Shown piece after piece: positions 24,181-37,379 of a stretch of 64,000 bases of DNA. Under the pieces are notes generated by a model, which was not told the origin of the DNA, searched no databases, and was given only the letters and a program-made list of their open reading frames with translations. The translations under genes were made by a program, and so were the position numbers. Numbering within the stretch: the first letter of the stretch is position 1; the number at the start of each line of letters is the position of its first letter. This DNA comes from Anaeramoeba ignava BMAN (lineage: Eukaryota; Protista; Anaeramoebae), in assembly GCA_028826165.1 (NCBI GenBank), contig JAPDFW010000136.1, forward strand, positions 806,001-870,000. Direction: 5' to 3'.

Positions 24181-26607
24181 ATGAAACCTTTATCAAAAAA
24201 CAAAACTGAAAAAAACTCAAAAAAATCAACACAATCAATGTATATTTCCCACATAAACTTATTTAATTAATTATTCAAATATTTATTCAATTATTTATTC
24301 AAATATTTATTTAATTATTTATTTAATTATTTATTCATATATTTATTTAAATATTTATTTAATTATTTATTCAAATATTTATTCAAATATTTATTCAAAT
24401 ATTTATTCAAATATTTATTTAAATATTTATTCAAATATTTATTCAAATATTTATTCAAATATTTATTTAAATATTTATTTAATTATTTATTTGATTATTT
24501 ATTTGATTATTTATTCAAATATTTATTCAAATATTTATTTAATTATTTATTCAAATATTTATTCAAATATTTATTCAAATATTTATTTAATTATTTATTT
24601 AATTATTTATTTTAATTATTTATTCAAATATTTATTTAAATATTTATTCAAATATTTATTTAATTATTTATTTAATTATTTATTCAATTATTTATTCAAA
24701 TATTTATTCAAATATTTATTTAAATATTTATTCAATTATTTATTCAAATATTTATTCAAATATTTATTCAAATATTTATTTAATTATTTATTCAAATATT
24801 TATTCAATTATTTATTCAAATATTTATTCAAATATTTATTCAAATATTTATTTAATTATTTATTCAAATATTTATTTAATTATTTATTCATTTATTTAAT
24901 TATTTATTTAAATATTTATTTAATTATTTATTCAAATATTTATTTAATTATTTATTCATTTATTTAATTATTTAAATATTTAGAATCTCCATCTCAAAAA
25001 TTCAACAATTTAAAGGAAATAAAGCACTTAAACTATGGGTACAATACTTGAAATTACTCAAACAAAAAAATCAAATGACATCAACACAACTAATTGAAAT
25101 CTATGAAAAATGCACAGATCACTTGCACCAATTTGAAGAACTTAACTCAAATATTAAATACCTTCGAATTTGGATCGAATATGCAAATTTCTATCCAGAT
25201 TCAACTGATATTTTCCAATTTCTTCAACAAAAAAAAATTGGATTAAAACATTCACTATTTTATATTGCGTTCGCAACAGTTCTTGAAAACAAAAAAGAAT
25301 TCCAAAAAGCATATGATATTTATCAAGAAGGATTCACTCATTACGCAACACCAAAAGAAAGACTTGAAATTCGTTTCCAAGAATTTTTGAAACGAGTTAT
25401 CTTCCTTTATCAACAAAATCCTCAATTAATTAATCCTGATCCTCTTCATCCACTTTCCCAATTCTTATCTTCTCAACCCAAAAAAATTGAACAAGAAAAA
25501 CCTCTTGATTTGAATCCTAAATCAAACTCAAATTTTTCTTTAATTTTAACACCAAATTTCACTTCAAAACCCAAAAACGATTCCATTTCTTCTCAAAAAG
25601 ATATAGTTCTTGGCTCATCAAAAACTCAACAGAAAATTCTCAATGAAAAACCTTTTTATGACTCTTCGCTTCTAATTTATAATAACGAAGAAATGAGTTT
25701 TGAAGAAGCAAGAGCACTTAATCATAAATACAAAAAAGAAGAAAAAATAACGGTTGTTAAAGAAGTTCCCAGTCAAAAAGTGGAACATTCTGAAAATATA
25801 TCTGAACAGCAAAATCCTTCGCAAAATGTTGATATTTTCTCTACTACTTTTAATTTCGATGAAATCCCAGAAAATACAACTTTGCAATTTGGTTTTCTTC
25901 AACACATTTCCCGCAAACTTACATTTGGAAATTTCGAACAAGATGAACAAACCACACAAGAACAATCTGTTCCCCAAGATTCCATGCAAACCACAATATC
26001 AGACCCTAATCATTCCCAATATAAATCATCACACAAAGAAGCAACTCCAAAGCACAATCCCATTCAAACATCAACTCCTTCACCAACAATAAACACTAAA
26101 ATTGCGGCCAATGATATAATGAGCATGTTCCAAGATCCTCTTGAAATTGATGATTCATTGAAAAAAGATCCCAATCAAGAAGAAATTTCACTTAATTTGG
26201 TTCCTCAAAATCAATTCCAAAAACAATCAACTAATTTCACTATTTTTTGCGATCCAAATACTTCAAAAAACCCTCCTTCAAAAAAATCATCCGCAAAAAA
26301 CAAGAACCTAAAGAATCATCATTCAAAAGGTTCTGTGAAAAATTCGAAAAAAAGACTTGCGGATCAACAAAACTCAAAGATAAGAAGAAAAAACACTAAT
26401 AAATTAAAAGAAATTTCAGTTAAAAAAAATCAAATTAACAAAAATCAAGTTAAAAAAAAAACTAAAAAATCTTCTTTAAAGAAAAAACCACTTTCAACAA
26501 TTCAACAATATGATCTTAATGATGAAAATGGAATTTACAATGAAAATAAAATTGCTCCAAAAAAAATTTTTAATCGAGATGTTCTTCAATCAATTTTAAA
26601 TAATTAA
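24181..26607 (+). CDS. Bub1/Mad3-family spindle checkpoint protein lacking the kinase domain; exons 24181-24239 and 24984-26607
   Basis: Mad3/BUB1 TPR region (YLRIWIEYA..DIFQFL..KKIG...LFYIAFA..LE..A..IYQEG....ATPKERL), GLEBS-like EEMSFEEARA, CD1-like TPSPTINTKIAANDIMSMFQ, ABBA-like FTIFCD. The intron is filled with (TATTTATTCAAA)n. Confidence 0.85.
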
Positions 26608-26880
26608 TTAATTAAATAATTAATTGATGAAATTTTTTTTTTTTATTAAATAATTAATTAATAAAAAAAAAAAGCAAATGAAATTGATCTTAAAATTATA
26701 AATTAAAATTTTAATTTGAAATTAAATTTTGGAAAGGAAAAATTTTTTCAATAAAGATTAATTGAAAAAAAAAAACATTTGGAAAATTTTTTTAATTAAA
26801 ATTTTAATTTATAATTTAATTTTAAATTTTTTTTTTTTCATTTTTAAATTTCATTTTTTTTCTTTTTCTTTTAAAAAAAA

Positions 26881-29800
26881 ATGATCTTTTTACCAGAAAT
26901 TCAATTTAAGCCACTTTCACCACCAAAATTAGAAACAAAATCATTTACAAGAGATATTTTACCTCTTTTTTCAAACAATGTTGAACATATAAAGAAAATT
27001 CGCAGTAAAGCTGTTGACTGGGATTCAATAAAGGGTCTTTTAGACAACTGTTTGTTTTATTCATAATTTCTCAGTTCATTTTTATAATCTTTGTTTTTAT
27101 TAAAAATCACTTCATTTTTCATCTGTTTGTGTTGTTTATAATTTCCTTCTTCTCATTGCTATTCCCAAAAAAGATGAACATGTTTTGTTGTTTCGAGACA
27201 TTGAAAAGAAGTCTCTTGATGAGTTGAAGATTATGGTTCAGGAAGAAGGCAAAAATCTTATTCATGGTTTCTGTATTTTTTTGACTAAAATCACTTCGAC
27301 CGATATTTTGAAAATTTTTGCAACTCTTTTTGATGATTTATTAATCGGTAATTTTATTAATAATCAACAAATTCATCTGCAAAAATCTTATTAGCATTTT
27401 GTTCTCTTGTTTTTAGAATTCCCATCTTTTGCAGAAGAGTTTAATAGACTTGAAGATCGTCAAGAATTAATGGATTCACTTATTAAGTTAGTTTTTTTTT
27501 ATTTTTTTTATTTTTATTATTTTTATTTTATTATTTTTATTTTTATTATTAGAAAAATTTTATCTATTTCAATGCCTTTAAGTGATGAACCTAAGAATTA
27601 CTATTTACTTTCACTTTATTTACGAATAACTGCTACTTTATTAACGTATTTTTGGAGGAAGATTATTTAAACTAAAATCAAAATCAAAAATTAAAATTAA
27701 AAATAAAATATAAATTAAAAATAAAATTAAAATCAAATTCAAAAAAAAATTAAAATTAAAATTCAAAATCAAAATCAAATTCAAAATCAAAATCAAAAAT
27801 TAAAATTAAAAATAAAATATAAATTAAATTCAAAATAAAATTAAAATTAAAATCAAAATTAAAATTAAAATTAAAATATAAAATTAAAATTAAAATTAAA
27901 ATTAAAATTAAAATTAAAATTAAAATTAAAATTAAAATCAAAAATTAAAATCAAAAATTAAAATCAAAAATTAAAATCATTTTTAAAGAATTCAATTTAT
28001 AAAATTAAAATTAAAATTAAAATTAAAATTAAAATCAAAATCAAAATCAAACTAAAATTAAAATTAAAATTAAAAAAAATTAAAATTAAAATTAAAATCA
28101 AAATCAAAATTAAAATTAAAATTAAAAATAAATTTAATTTTCAAAAATCAATTAAAAATATAGATTCAAAAATAATAAAACATCACAACAATGTTAAATT
28201 GAAAATTAATTTAAATGAAAGAAAAGGATTTAATTTTCAAAAATATAGTTTAAATTTAAAAATATTTTAAAGAATAAAAATATAATGATTTCTTTTCGAA
28301 ATGATTTAATTCAAAATAATTTAAATTCAAAATAATTTAAATCCAAAATTAATTTAATTTCAAAATAATTTAAATTCAAAATGATTTAAATTGAAAATAA
28401 TTTAATTTCAAAACAATTTAAATTCAAAATAATTTAATTTTCAAAAATAATTTAAATTCAAAATAATTTAATTTCAAAATAATTTAAATTCAAAATAATT
28501 TAAATCCAAAATAATTTAATTTCAAAATAATTTAAATTCAAAATAATTTAATTTGAAAATAATTTAAATTCAAAATAATTTAAATCCAAAATTAATTTAA
28601 TTTCAAAATAATTTAAATTCAAAATAATTTAATTTGAAAATAATTTAAATTCAAAATAATTTAAATCCAAAAATAATTTAATTTCAAAATAATTTAAATT
28701 CAAAATAATTTAAATCCAAAATTAATTTAATTTCAAAATAATTTAATTTCAAAATAATTTAAATTCAAAATAATTTAAATTCAAAATAATTTAAATTCAA
28801 AAATAATTTAAATTCAAAATAATTTAAATCAAAAATAATTTAAATTCAAAATAATTTCAAAACAATTTAATTTCGAAATAATTTAATTTTCAAAATTAAT
28901 TTAAATTCGAAATGATTTAATTTCGAAATAATTTAATTTCAAAATAATTTAAATTCAAAATAATTTAAATCCAAAATAATTTAAATCCAAAATGATTTAA
29001 ATTTCAAAATAATTTAAATCCAAAATTAATTTAAATTGTTTTTAGTCTTTTGAATTTATTATATATTGATTCTCAAGGTGAAATTCAATTCATTTATGAA
29101 ATCTGTTTATGCATTTGGACTTTATCTCTTAATCAAAATATTGTTGGAAAACTTAATGAAGTTGATTTGGCTGAAAATGAAAATTTTAAACAAAAATCAC
29201 AAAAGAATTTAGTTTCAAATTCTTTTCAAACTTATCAAAGTAAAAAGAAATGTTTGATTAATATTTTTGCTGATATTTTGAAGACAAATGCAAAAGAAAA
29301 AGATAAAATTGTTAGAATGATTCTTGCAACTTTAGTTGTAAAATTTATTTCAAAATTATAAAATTTATTCCAATTTATTTTTTTGCAATTTTTTTTACAA
29401 ATAGAATATGTCAAACAAATCTAATCATAATGAAGAGATGGTAGAAGCTGGATTTTTAAGAATTTTGAATGTAGATTATTTCAAAATAATTTCAAAACAA
29501 ATTTAAATTCAAAATAATTTAATTCTAATTTCAAAACAATTTTAAATTCAAAATAATTTAAATTCAAAATAATTTAATTCTAATTTCAAAACAATTTAAT
29601 TTCAAAATAATTTAATTTCAAAATAATTTAATTTCAAAATAATTTAAATTCAAAATAATTTAAATCCAAAATAATTTAAATTCAAAATAATTTAATTTCA
29701 AAATAATTTAATTCAAAATAATTTAAATTTCAAAATAATTTAAATTCAAAAATAATTTAATTTCAAAATAATTTAATTTCAAAATAATTTAAATTCAAAA

Positions 29801-31340
29801 ATAATTTAATTTCAAAATAATTTAAATTCAAAATAATTTAATTTCAAAATAATTTAAATTCAAAATAATTTAATTTCAAAATAATTTAAATTCAAAATAA
29901 TTTAATTTCAAAACAAATTTAAATTGAAAATAATTTAAATCCAAAATAATTTAATTTCAAAATAATTTCAAAACAAATTTAAATTCAAAATAATTTAAAT
30001 CCAAAATAATTTAAATTTAAAATAATTTAAATCCAAAATAATTTAAATTCAAAATAATTTAAATTGAAAATAATTTAATTTCAAAATAATTTAAATTCAA
30101 AATAATTTAATTTCAAAATAATTTAATTTCAAAATAATTTAATTTCAAAATAACTTAATTTTTAATTGAAAAAACAAAGTCACTTTATGCAAGAAATTGG
30201 GAACAACAAATTAAAGAAAATTTAGATTCTTTATCAACAATAGTTCAAGACAATTTAAAAATTTTCTGGTTTGTTTTATTAATTTTAAAACAATTCCAAA
30301 AATTTTTTTGAATTTAAAACAATAATTTGAATAAAAATATAAAATAGTTCTTGGGATAAATATGTTGCTGAAGCTGAAAATGAGAAAATGGAATGGAGTC
30401 CAACTCATAAAAGCAAATTATTTTGGGAACAAAATATCATTAAATTTGAAGAAAATGATTATCAACTTCTTAGAGTTTTAGTTCATCTTCTCAAGAATGA
30501 AAATCCTCAAAATGTTGCTATTGCATGTCATGATATTGGTGAATTTTCTAAATATCATCCAAGAGGAAAACAGTAAAAATTCTTTTATTAACTCAATTTA
30601 TTCTTTTATTAACTAATTTATTCATTCTTTTAAATTTATTCTTTTAAACTTATTCATTTAAATTTATTTCTTTTAAACTTATTCTTTTAAATTCTTTTAA
30701 ATTCTTTTAAATTCTTTTTAAATTTATTTTTAAATTTATATTCTTTTTAAACTTATTCTTTTAAATTCTTTTAAATTTATTCTTTTAAACTTATTCTTTT
30801 AAATTTAATTCTTTTAAAATTTATTCTTTTTATTTCTTTTAAATTTATTCTTTTTAAATTTTTTTAAATTTATTCATTTTTATTCATTTAAATTCATTCT
30901 TTTAAATTCATTCCATTTAAATTTATTTTTAAATTTATTCTTTTTAAATTTATTCTTTTAAATTTATTTTTTATTTAAATTCATTTCTTTTAAATTTATT
31001 CTTTTAAATTTAATTCTTTTAAATTTATTTCTTTTTAAATTTATTCTTTTTTTAAACTTATTCTTTTAAATTCATTTCATTTAAATCAATTCTTTTTAAA
31101 TTCTTTTAAAATTTTTTTAAATTAATTTTATTTTTTTAAATTCTTGAACAATTCTTTTTAAATGCAAAAAAACAACTTTAATTACTTTTATTTTTTTCTT
31201 AAATTTATTCTTTTTAGAATCTCTTTTAAACTTATTCTTTTAAAATCATGAAAATTCAGATGTTCAACATCTTTTAAAGCTTTAATTTGCGTAAATGCAA
31301 AAAAATTCTTTTTATGTGGAATTGGATCTTTTAAATGAAG
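26881..31340 (+). CDS. ATP6V1H: V-type proton ATPase subunit H (VMA13/ATP6V1H); multi-exon, 3' end garbled so the end coordinate is approximate
   Basis: IRSKAVDW, IQFIYEICLCIWTLS, KEKDKIVRMILATL, WDKYVAE..MEWSPTHKSKLFWEQN..FEENDYQLLRVL..AIACHDIGEF.KYHPRGK. Last-exon remnants (HENSDVQ) at 31250-31270. Confidence 0.88.
28310..30160. repeat. Two intronic arrays of (AATAATTTAAATTCAA)n in the V-ATPase H gene (about 28310-29040 and 29470-30160)
   Basis: The same ~16 bp unit fills two separate introns of one gene. Confidence 0.88.
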
Positions 31341-31578
31341 ATAATTTTCGATTAAATTTCATTTTCCATTTTTTTTCTTTTTTCCTTTTTTTTTGAATTT
31401 TTTGAATTTTTTAATTCAAAAAAAATTTTCAACATAAAGTTTTAATCAAATAATTAATTAAAATTCAATAATTAATCAAAATTAAAATTTGATTTAATTT
31501 TTTAAAAGATTTTTTTAAGAGAAAAATTGATTTCTTTTTAAAAATGAATAATAAAAATATTAAGAAAAGAAAAGAAAA

Positions 31579-34500
31579 CTATTTTTTTCTTAAATTTCTA
31601 GAAGGAGGAGGAGGAGGTTTTCTTCTATTAGTTTTTGGAGTTAAACGAGAACGAATTATTGGTCTTGGAGGAGGTTTTCTTCTTGTAGATTTTCTAATTC
31701 CAAAATGAAGATTTATATCAGGATTTGTAACTGATTTTGTATTAAATTTATAATTTTGATTTTTCATTTGGAATTGATGTAATTCAGGATTTGTAAGTGA
31801 TTTTGATATAAATTGATTTTCATTTTCATTTTGATTTTGATTTTGATTTTGATTTTGATTTTGATTTTGATTTTCATTTTGATTTTGATTTTGATTTTGA
31901 TTTTGATTTTGATTTTGATTTTGATTTTGATTTAGATTTTGATTTTGATTTTGATTTTGATTTTGATTTTGATTTTGGTTTTTATTTTGATTGCTTTTTC
32001 CTCTTTTTGATATGTTTCTTTGAAACTGTTTTGAAAATTTTTCAAATTCTTGATTGAATCTTGGAGATTGATCAAAAAGAAAATTTTTTGAAATTGTATC
32101 ATTTAAATCCATTTCATTTGAATTTGCACCATCTGAATCAAAAGGATCAGGAAATTCAGACAGTTCATCTTGACTTGTCTCATCTAAATCACTTCGATTT
32201 GTATCATTAAATTCACTAAATAAATTAGTTTTTTCACTTTGAACATTTTGCCAATTAACATAACCAATAGTATTTCTTTTTTCTCTTTTTGCTCTTAATT
32301 TTTGAAGTTCTGATTCATATATTTTTTTTTCTTTTTTTCTTTCATTTCTTTTTGTATAAAAACCCTTCTTAAATTCTGTATCAACAATATGAATAAAATT
32401 TGAATAAAAATCCTCTTTATAACCTCCATAAATAATAATATTAGTTGATTTATATAAAGAATTTGTATGAAAAGATTTTGTAATTGATCGTTCTCCATGA
32501 TCAAATACTTGTTGCCAAGAAGAGCTTTCAAGATCAAAATAATAAATAGTATCGAATTGATCTTGGAATATAGTTTTTCCACCAATAATATAAATACGAT
32601 TTCCAATTAATGTTGCTGTATGTCCAAAACGTGCTTCAATTGGAGAATCTTTAGTATCAATTTTTGACCATTGATATGTTTTATCTAAAATTAAAATTAA
32701 AATTTAATATTAAAATTAAAATTAAAATTAAAATTAAAATTAAAAATTAAAATTAAAATTAAAATTAAAATTAAAATTAAAATTAAAATTAAAATTAAAA
32801 TTAAAATTAAAATTAAAATTAATATTAAAATTAAAATTAAAATTAAAATTAAAATTAAAATTAAAATTAATATTAAAAATTAAAATTAAAATTAAAATTA
32901 AAATTAAAATTAATATTAAAATTAATATTAAAATTAAATTAAAATTAATATTAAAATTAAAATTAAAAATATACCTGCATCATAAACCCAAACATCAGAA
33001 TAACATTTTGTATAATAACATCCTCCAAATAAATATAACTTATAATCAACAAATAAACTTGTTGCCCATGATCTTTCAGGTGGTGAAATAGTAGTTTCCA
33101 CTTTTATCCATGAATATGTTGATGTATCAAGACAATAAAGATCATTAAGATAAGAAGATGAATCATTTATTCCTCCAAATATCCAAATTTGATTTATTAA
33201 GACAGATTGAGAATGACCTGAACGTGGAGTTGGTCTAGTTCCATTTATTTGTGGATCATTGATCCATTCATTTTGATCTACAAAAAGAAATGTTTCCATT
33301 TTTTTTTAATTTTGATTTTAATTTTGATTTAATTTTGATTTGATTTAATTTTGATTTTGATTTAATTTAATTTTGATTTAATTTTGATTTTGATTTTGAT
33401 TTAATTTTGATTTTAATTTTAATTTTAATTTTGATTTTGATTTTGATTTTGATTTGATTTTTGATTTTAATTTTGATTTTGATTTTGATTTAATTTTGAT
33501 TTTGATTTAATTTTGATTTTGATTTAATTTTGATTTAATTTTGATTTTGATTTAATTTTGATTTTGAATTAATTTTGATTTAATTTTGATTTGATTTAAT
33601 TTTGATTTAATTTTGATTTTGATTTTGATTTAATTTTGATTTAATTTTGATTTTGATTTAATTTTGATTTTGATTTTGATTTTTTGATTTTGATTTGATT
33701 TAATTTTGATTTGATTTAATTTTGAATTAATTTTGATTTAATTTTGATTTAATTTTGATTTAATTTTAATTTTGATTTGATTTAATTTTGATTTTGATTT
33801 AATTTTAATTTTGATTTTGATTTAATTTTGATTTTGATTTTGATTTAATTTTGATTTAATTTTGATTTGATTTTGATTTTGATTTTGATTTTGATTTTAA
33901 TTTTGATTTAATTTTGATTTAATTTTGATTTTGATTTAATTTTTTTTTAAAATAATTTTGATTTTGATTTGAACCTGGAATAAATATATGCAAATCATTC
34001 AATTTTTTATTTTCATCTGAACCTCCAAAAACAAAAATATAAGGATCTATATATGATAATGTATGAGATTTACGAGCTGGTGGTGGATTTTTACATAAAA
34101 CTTCTGACCAATTCAAGTTAACTTAAATAAAAATAATAAATTAATATTAAATTAAAATAAAATTTCTCCTTTGAAATCAAAAAATATACTCAAATCAAAA
34201 CTATATAATTTGTTTGATAATCCATTTTCTGTTTCTCCTCCAAAAATATAAAAATTATCTCCTATAATATAAGAAGTAGCTCCTTTTAAACCAGGTGGAA
34301 CAAATTCAGTTTTTGGTATTAATCTTTTCCATAAAATAGTATCTAAAGCATTTTAATAATGTTTTTTTTTTTGTTTCAATAAATTTAATAATAAAATAGA
34401 ACTTAATAAAATTTTATACCATGAAGATCATGTTCTTGTTGAGAGTAATCATTGAAAGCTTCTGCAAATTTTGTCATAAGATCTTTTCTTTCTGTTTCAT

Positions 34501-36280
34501 CTTTGCAAACAATTGCAAGATCCTTTTTCAAAAAAAATGAGAAAGGATGAGAATTATTGAGTGATACTAATAAGTCTGTCATTTGAATAGTTTTAATTCT
34601 CAAATATTTTCCTGACATTTTTTTTCGAGCAATTATAATTTGATCATTAAAAACAAAAAGATAACAACTTCTTAATGTTTGGTTATCAAAAAAATGAACT
34701 CTTTTGGTAAATAAATAAACTCTTCCTTCGATTGCTAATTCCTATATAAAAATAAAAAAGAAAAAAGAAAAAATTCATTTGATAAGAAGAAAAAATAAGA
34801 AGAAAAATAGGAAGAAGAAGAAATTTACAAAATCTTTGTTTAAAAATGAGTGTTGAATTTTAAGTAATTTATGATAAGTTTCGACTTCTCGAACACTTTC
34901 ATTAATTTCTCTTGCGATATTATCAATATTTTGCAAAGCAAGACTAATATTTTTATAATCAGGATGAGATTTATCTGTTGAAGATAAAATTCCCTATTTT
35001 GATAAATTTTCATAAATTTTCATAAATTTTTTTTGGAAGAAAATAATTTCAAACTTGAGTAAGTAAAATATATCTTGGAATTCTTTGAATAGGTTTAATC
35101 AAATAGGACATTAAAGAAAGTTCTTGAACGTCTGGTATTTTGATAGTGTCACTTAAGAATTTTTGGAAAGGTGGATGAGTAGAATATGTTTCAACAATTG
35201 TAAGAGCTTTCTTATAATTGTTTACATATTGAATATAAGGATCTCGAAATAAAGGAAACATTTTAAGTAAAATATCTCCATATTTAAGATTAGAAATATT
35301 CGTTCTTCGCTCTTCAAGTTGTTCAAGGAATTCAAGATTAACTTCGCAAATTTGATCGATATTTGAAAAGATATCTAAAACAATATCCAATTTAAGAACT
35401 CCATTTTGTTTTAAAGGATAAAAATAATATGCTTGAATAATTCGAAGGTCAGAAACATAATTTTTCTCAGTTAGAATAAATTCATTAATTTGTGAGTTGC
35501 GTTTTCTTTCTTTTTTTAAGCTTGAGTCTTTTAAAATAAAATTTAAATTAAAATTTGAAATAATTTAAAATAAAATTTGAAATAAATTTTAAAATAAAAT
35601 TTAAAATAAAATTTGAAATAAATTTAAAATAAAATTTAAAATAAAATTTAAAATAAAATTTAAAATAAATTTTGAAATAAAATTTGAAATAAATTTAAAA
35701 TAAAATTTAAAATAAAATTTAAAATAAAATTTAAAATAAATTTAAAATAAATTTAAAATAAAATTTGAAATAAAATTCGAAATAAAATTTGAAATAAATT
35801 TAAAATAAAATTTAAAATAAAATTTAAAATAAAATTTAAAATAAAATTTAAAATAAAATTTGAAATAAAATTTGAAATAAAATTTAAAATAAAATTTAAA
35901 ATAAAATTTAAAATAAAATTTAAAATAAAATTTAAAATAAAATTTAAAATAAAATTTAAAATAAAATTTAAAATAAAATTTAAAATAAAATTTAAAATAA
36001 ATTTAAAATAAAATTTAAAATAAAATTTAAAATTTAAAATAAATTTAAAATAAAATTTGAAATAAAATTTGAAATAAAATTTGAAATAACAATTTACCAA
36101 ATTGTACAAATTTTTTTGCTAAATTTCCTCGACATATTTTTTGTATCATTTTTGCTTCTTTATCTTTTCCTTGTATAAATTCAATAAATTCAATTTGTTC
36201 AGATTCACTTATATTTGGAAATAAAAAAAATTTAAGATTTCTTTCAGAAATTTGTTGAGGAAGTTGAGATTGAGAAAGTG
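31579..36280 (-). CDS. Rho GEF: IQ motif - DH - PH - Kelch repeats - NQ tract - proline-rich tail; multi-exon, 5' end uncertain
   Basis: IQ-like AKMIQKICRGNLAKK. DH motifs INEFILTEKKYVSDL, IFSNIDQI, YLIKPIQRIPRYILL, HPDYKNI. A PH-like segment, then Kelch repeats (PPARKSHT..FVFGG, PTPRSGHS..WIFGG, EARFGHTA..YIIGG). Tail RRKPPPRP / RRKPPPPPSR. Confidence 0.85.
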
Positions 36281-36527
36281 CTTTTAAAAAAATAATAATA
36301 AATTGAATTGAATCAAGAAAAAAATTTTTCGTTTTTAATTTTAAATTTAAATTTAATTTAATTTTTAATTTTGATTTAATTACAATCAATTGGGTTTTGT
36401 GACATTAAAAAATTTGGAGAAAATAATTAAATGATTAAAAATGTATTGTTTTTTTTTTAAAAAGAAAAAAATGAAATTTTTTTTTTCAAATTTTTTTTTA
36501 TTAAATTTTTACTTTTCTTTTTTTGGA

Positions 36528-37241
36528 TCATTTTTTTTTAACTTTCTCAATCTCTTTTTCTAATAATTTTTTTTCTTTTTCAAATGCTAATTTTTGTTCC
36601 ATTAATTTTTTTTTATAAAAAGAAAGAAGTTTTTCTTGATTTGAATTTGAAGAAGAAGTTGTAATTTTGAAAAGTTTTTGTTCATAATTTATTCTTTCTT
36701 TTTGTAATTCTGTTTCATATAAATGTTGATTTTGTTCAATTAATTTTTTTAATTGATTAATTTCAGTTTTTTTTTGAGAAATTTCATTGACATTTTTTTC
36801 TTCATTTTTTTTTAATTTTAGATTTAAATTTTCTAATTGATTTTGAAGAATTTGATTTTTTGATTCAAAATTTTGTTTTAAAATTAATATTTGATTAATT
36901 TCTTTTTGTAAATTATCTATTTTTTGATTTAAAAATAAGATTTCTTGTTTTTGTTTTTCAATTTTTTGATTTAGATTTAAATTTTCATTTTTAAATTGAT
37001 TATTTATTTTTAAAATTTCTTGGGATTTTAAATTTTGATTTAATTCTTGAATTATTTGCATTCTTTCTATTTTTGAATTATTTTGAAGCGTTTCAATTTT
37101 GGAATCTTTTTCTTTGTTTTGTTTTTTAAGGAAATTATTTTCTTCTTGAAGTTTGATTATTTTTAATTGATTTTCTGAATTAATTTTTTGGATTTGATCA
37201 AGATCTTTTAGCATTTGAATAGCAAAAGGTTCTTGTTCCAT
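36528..37241 (-). CDS. Long coiled-coil ORF; possibly exon 1 of the downstream RhoGEF-Kelch gene
   Basis: ATG at 37241 after an A-run (MEQEPFAIQMLKDL...), heptad-rich. The stop follows an A9 run, and the RhoGEF has no other clear start. Confidence 0.6.
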   Translation of the reverse strand: MEQEPFAIQMLKDLDQIQKINSENQLKIIKLQEENNFLKKQNKEKDSKIETLQNNSKIERMQIIQELNQNLKSQEILKINNQFKNENLNLNQKIEKQKQEILFLNQKIDNLQKEINQILILKQNFESKNQILQNQLENLNLKLKKNEEKNVNEISQKKTEINQLKKLIEQNQHLYETELQKERINYEQKLFKITTSSSNSNQEKLLSFYKKKLMEQKLAFEKEKKLLEKEIEKVKKK

Positions 37242-37379
37242 TTTTTTTTTTAAAGAAACACAAAAAAAGAAGAACAAAATTAAAATGAGTAAAAAAATGT
37301 TTTTTTTTTTAATCAAAATTTTTTCATTTTAATTTTAATCAATGTCATTATTTATTAAATGAAAAGAAATTAACAATAT

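Noticed and set aside
30575-31340. Apparently scrambled or truncated last exon of V-ATPase H (possible editing or trans-splicing)
   Set aside because: Exon remnants are interleaved with intron-repeat units, typical of poor consensus next to a tandem array.
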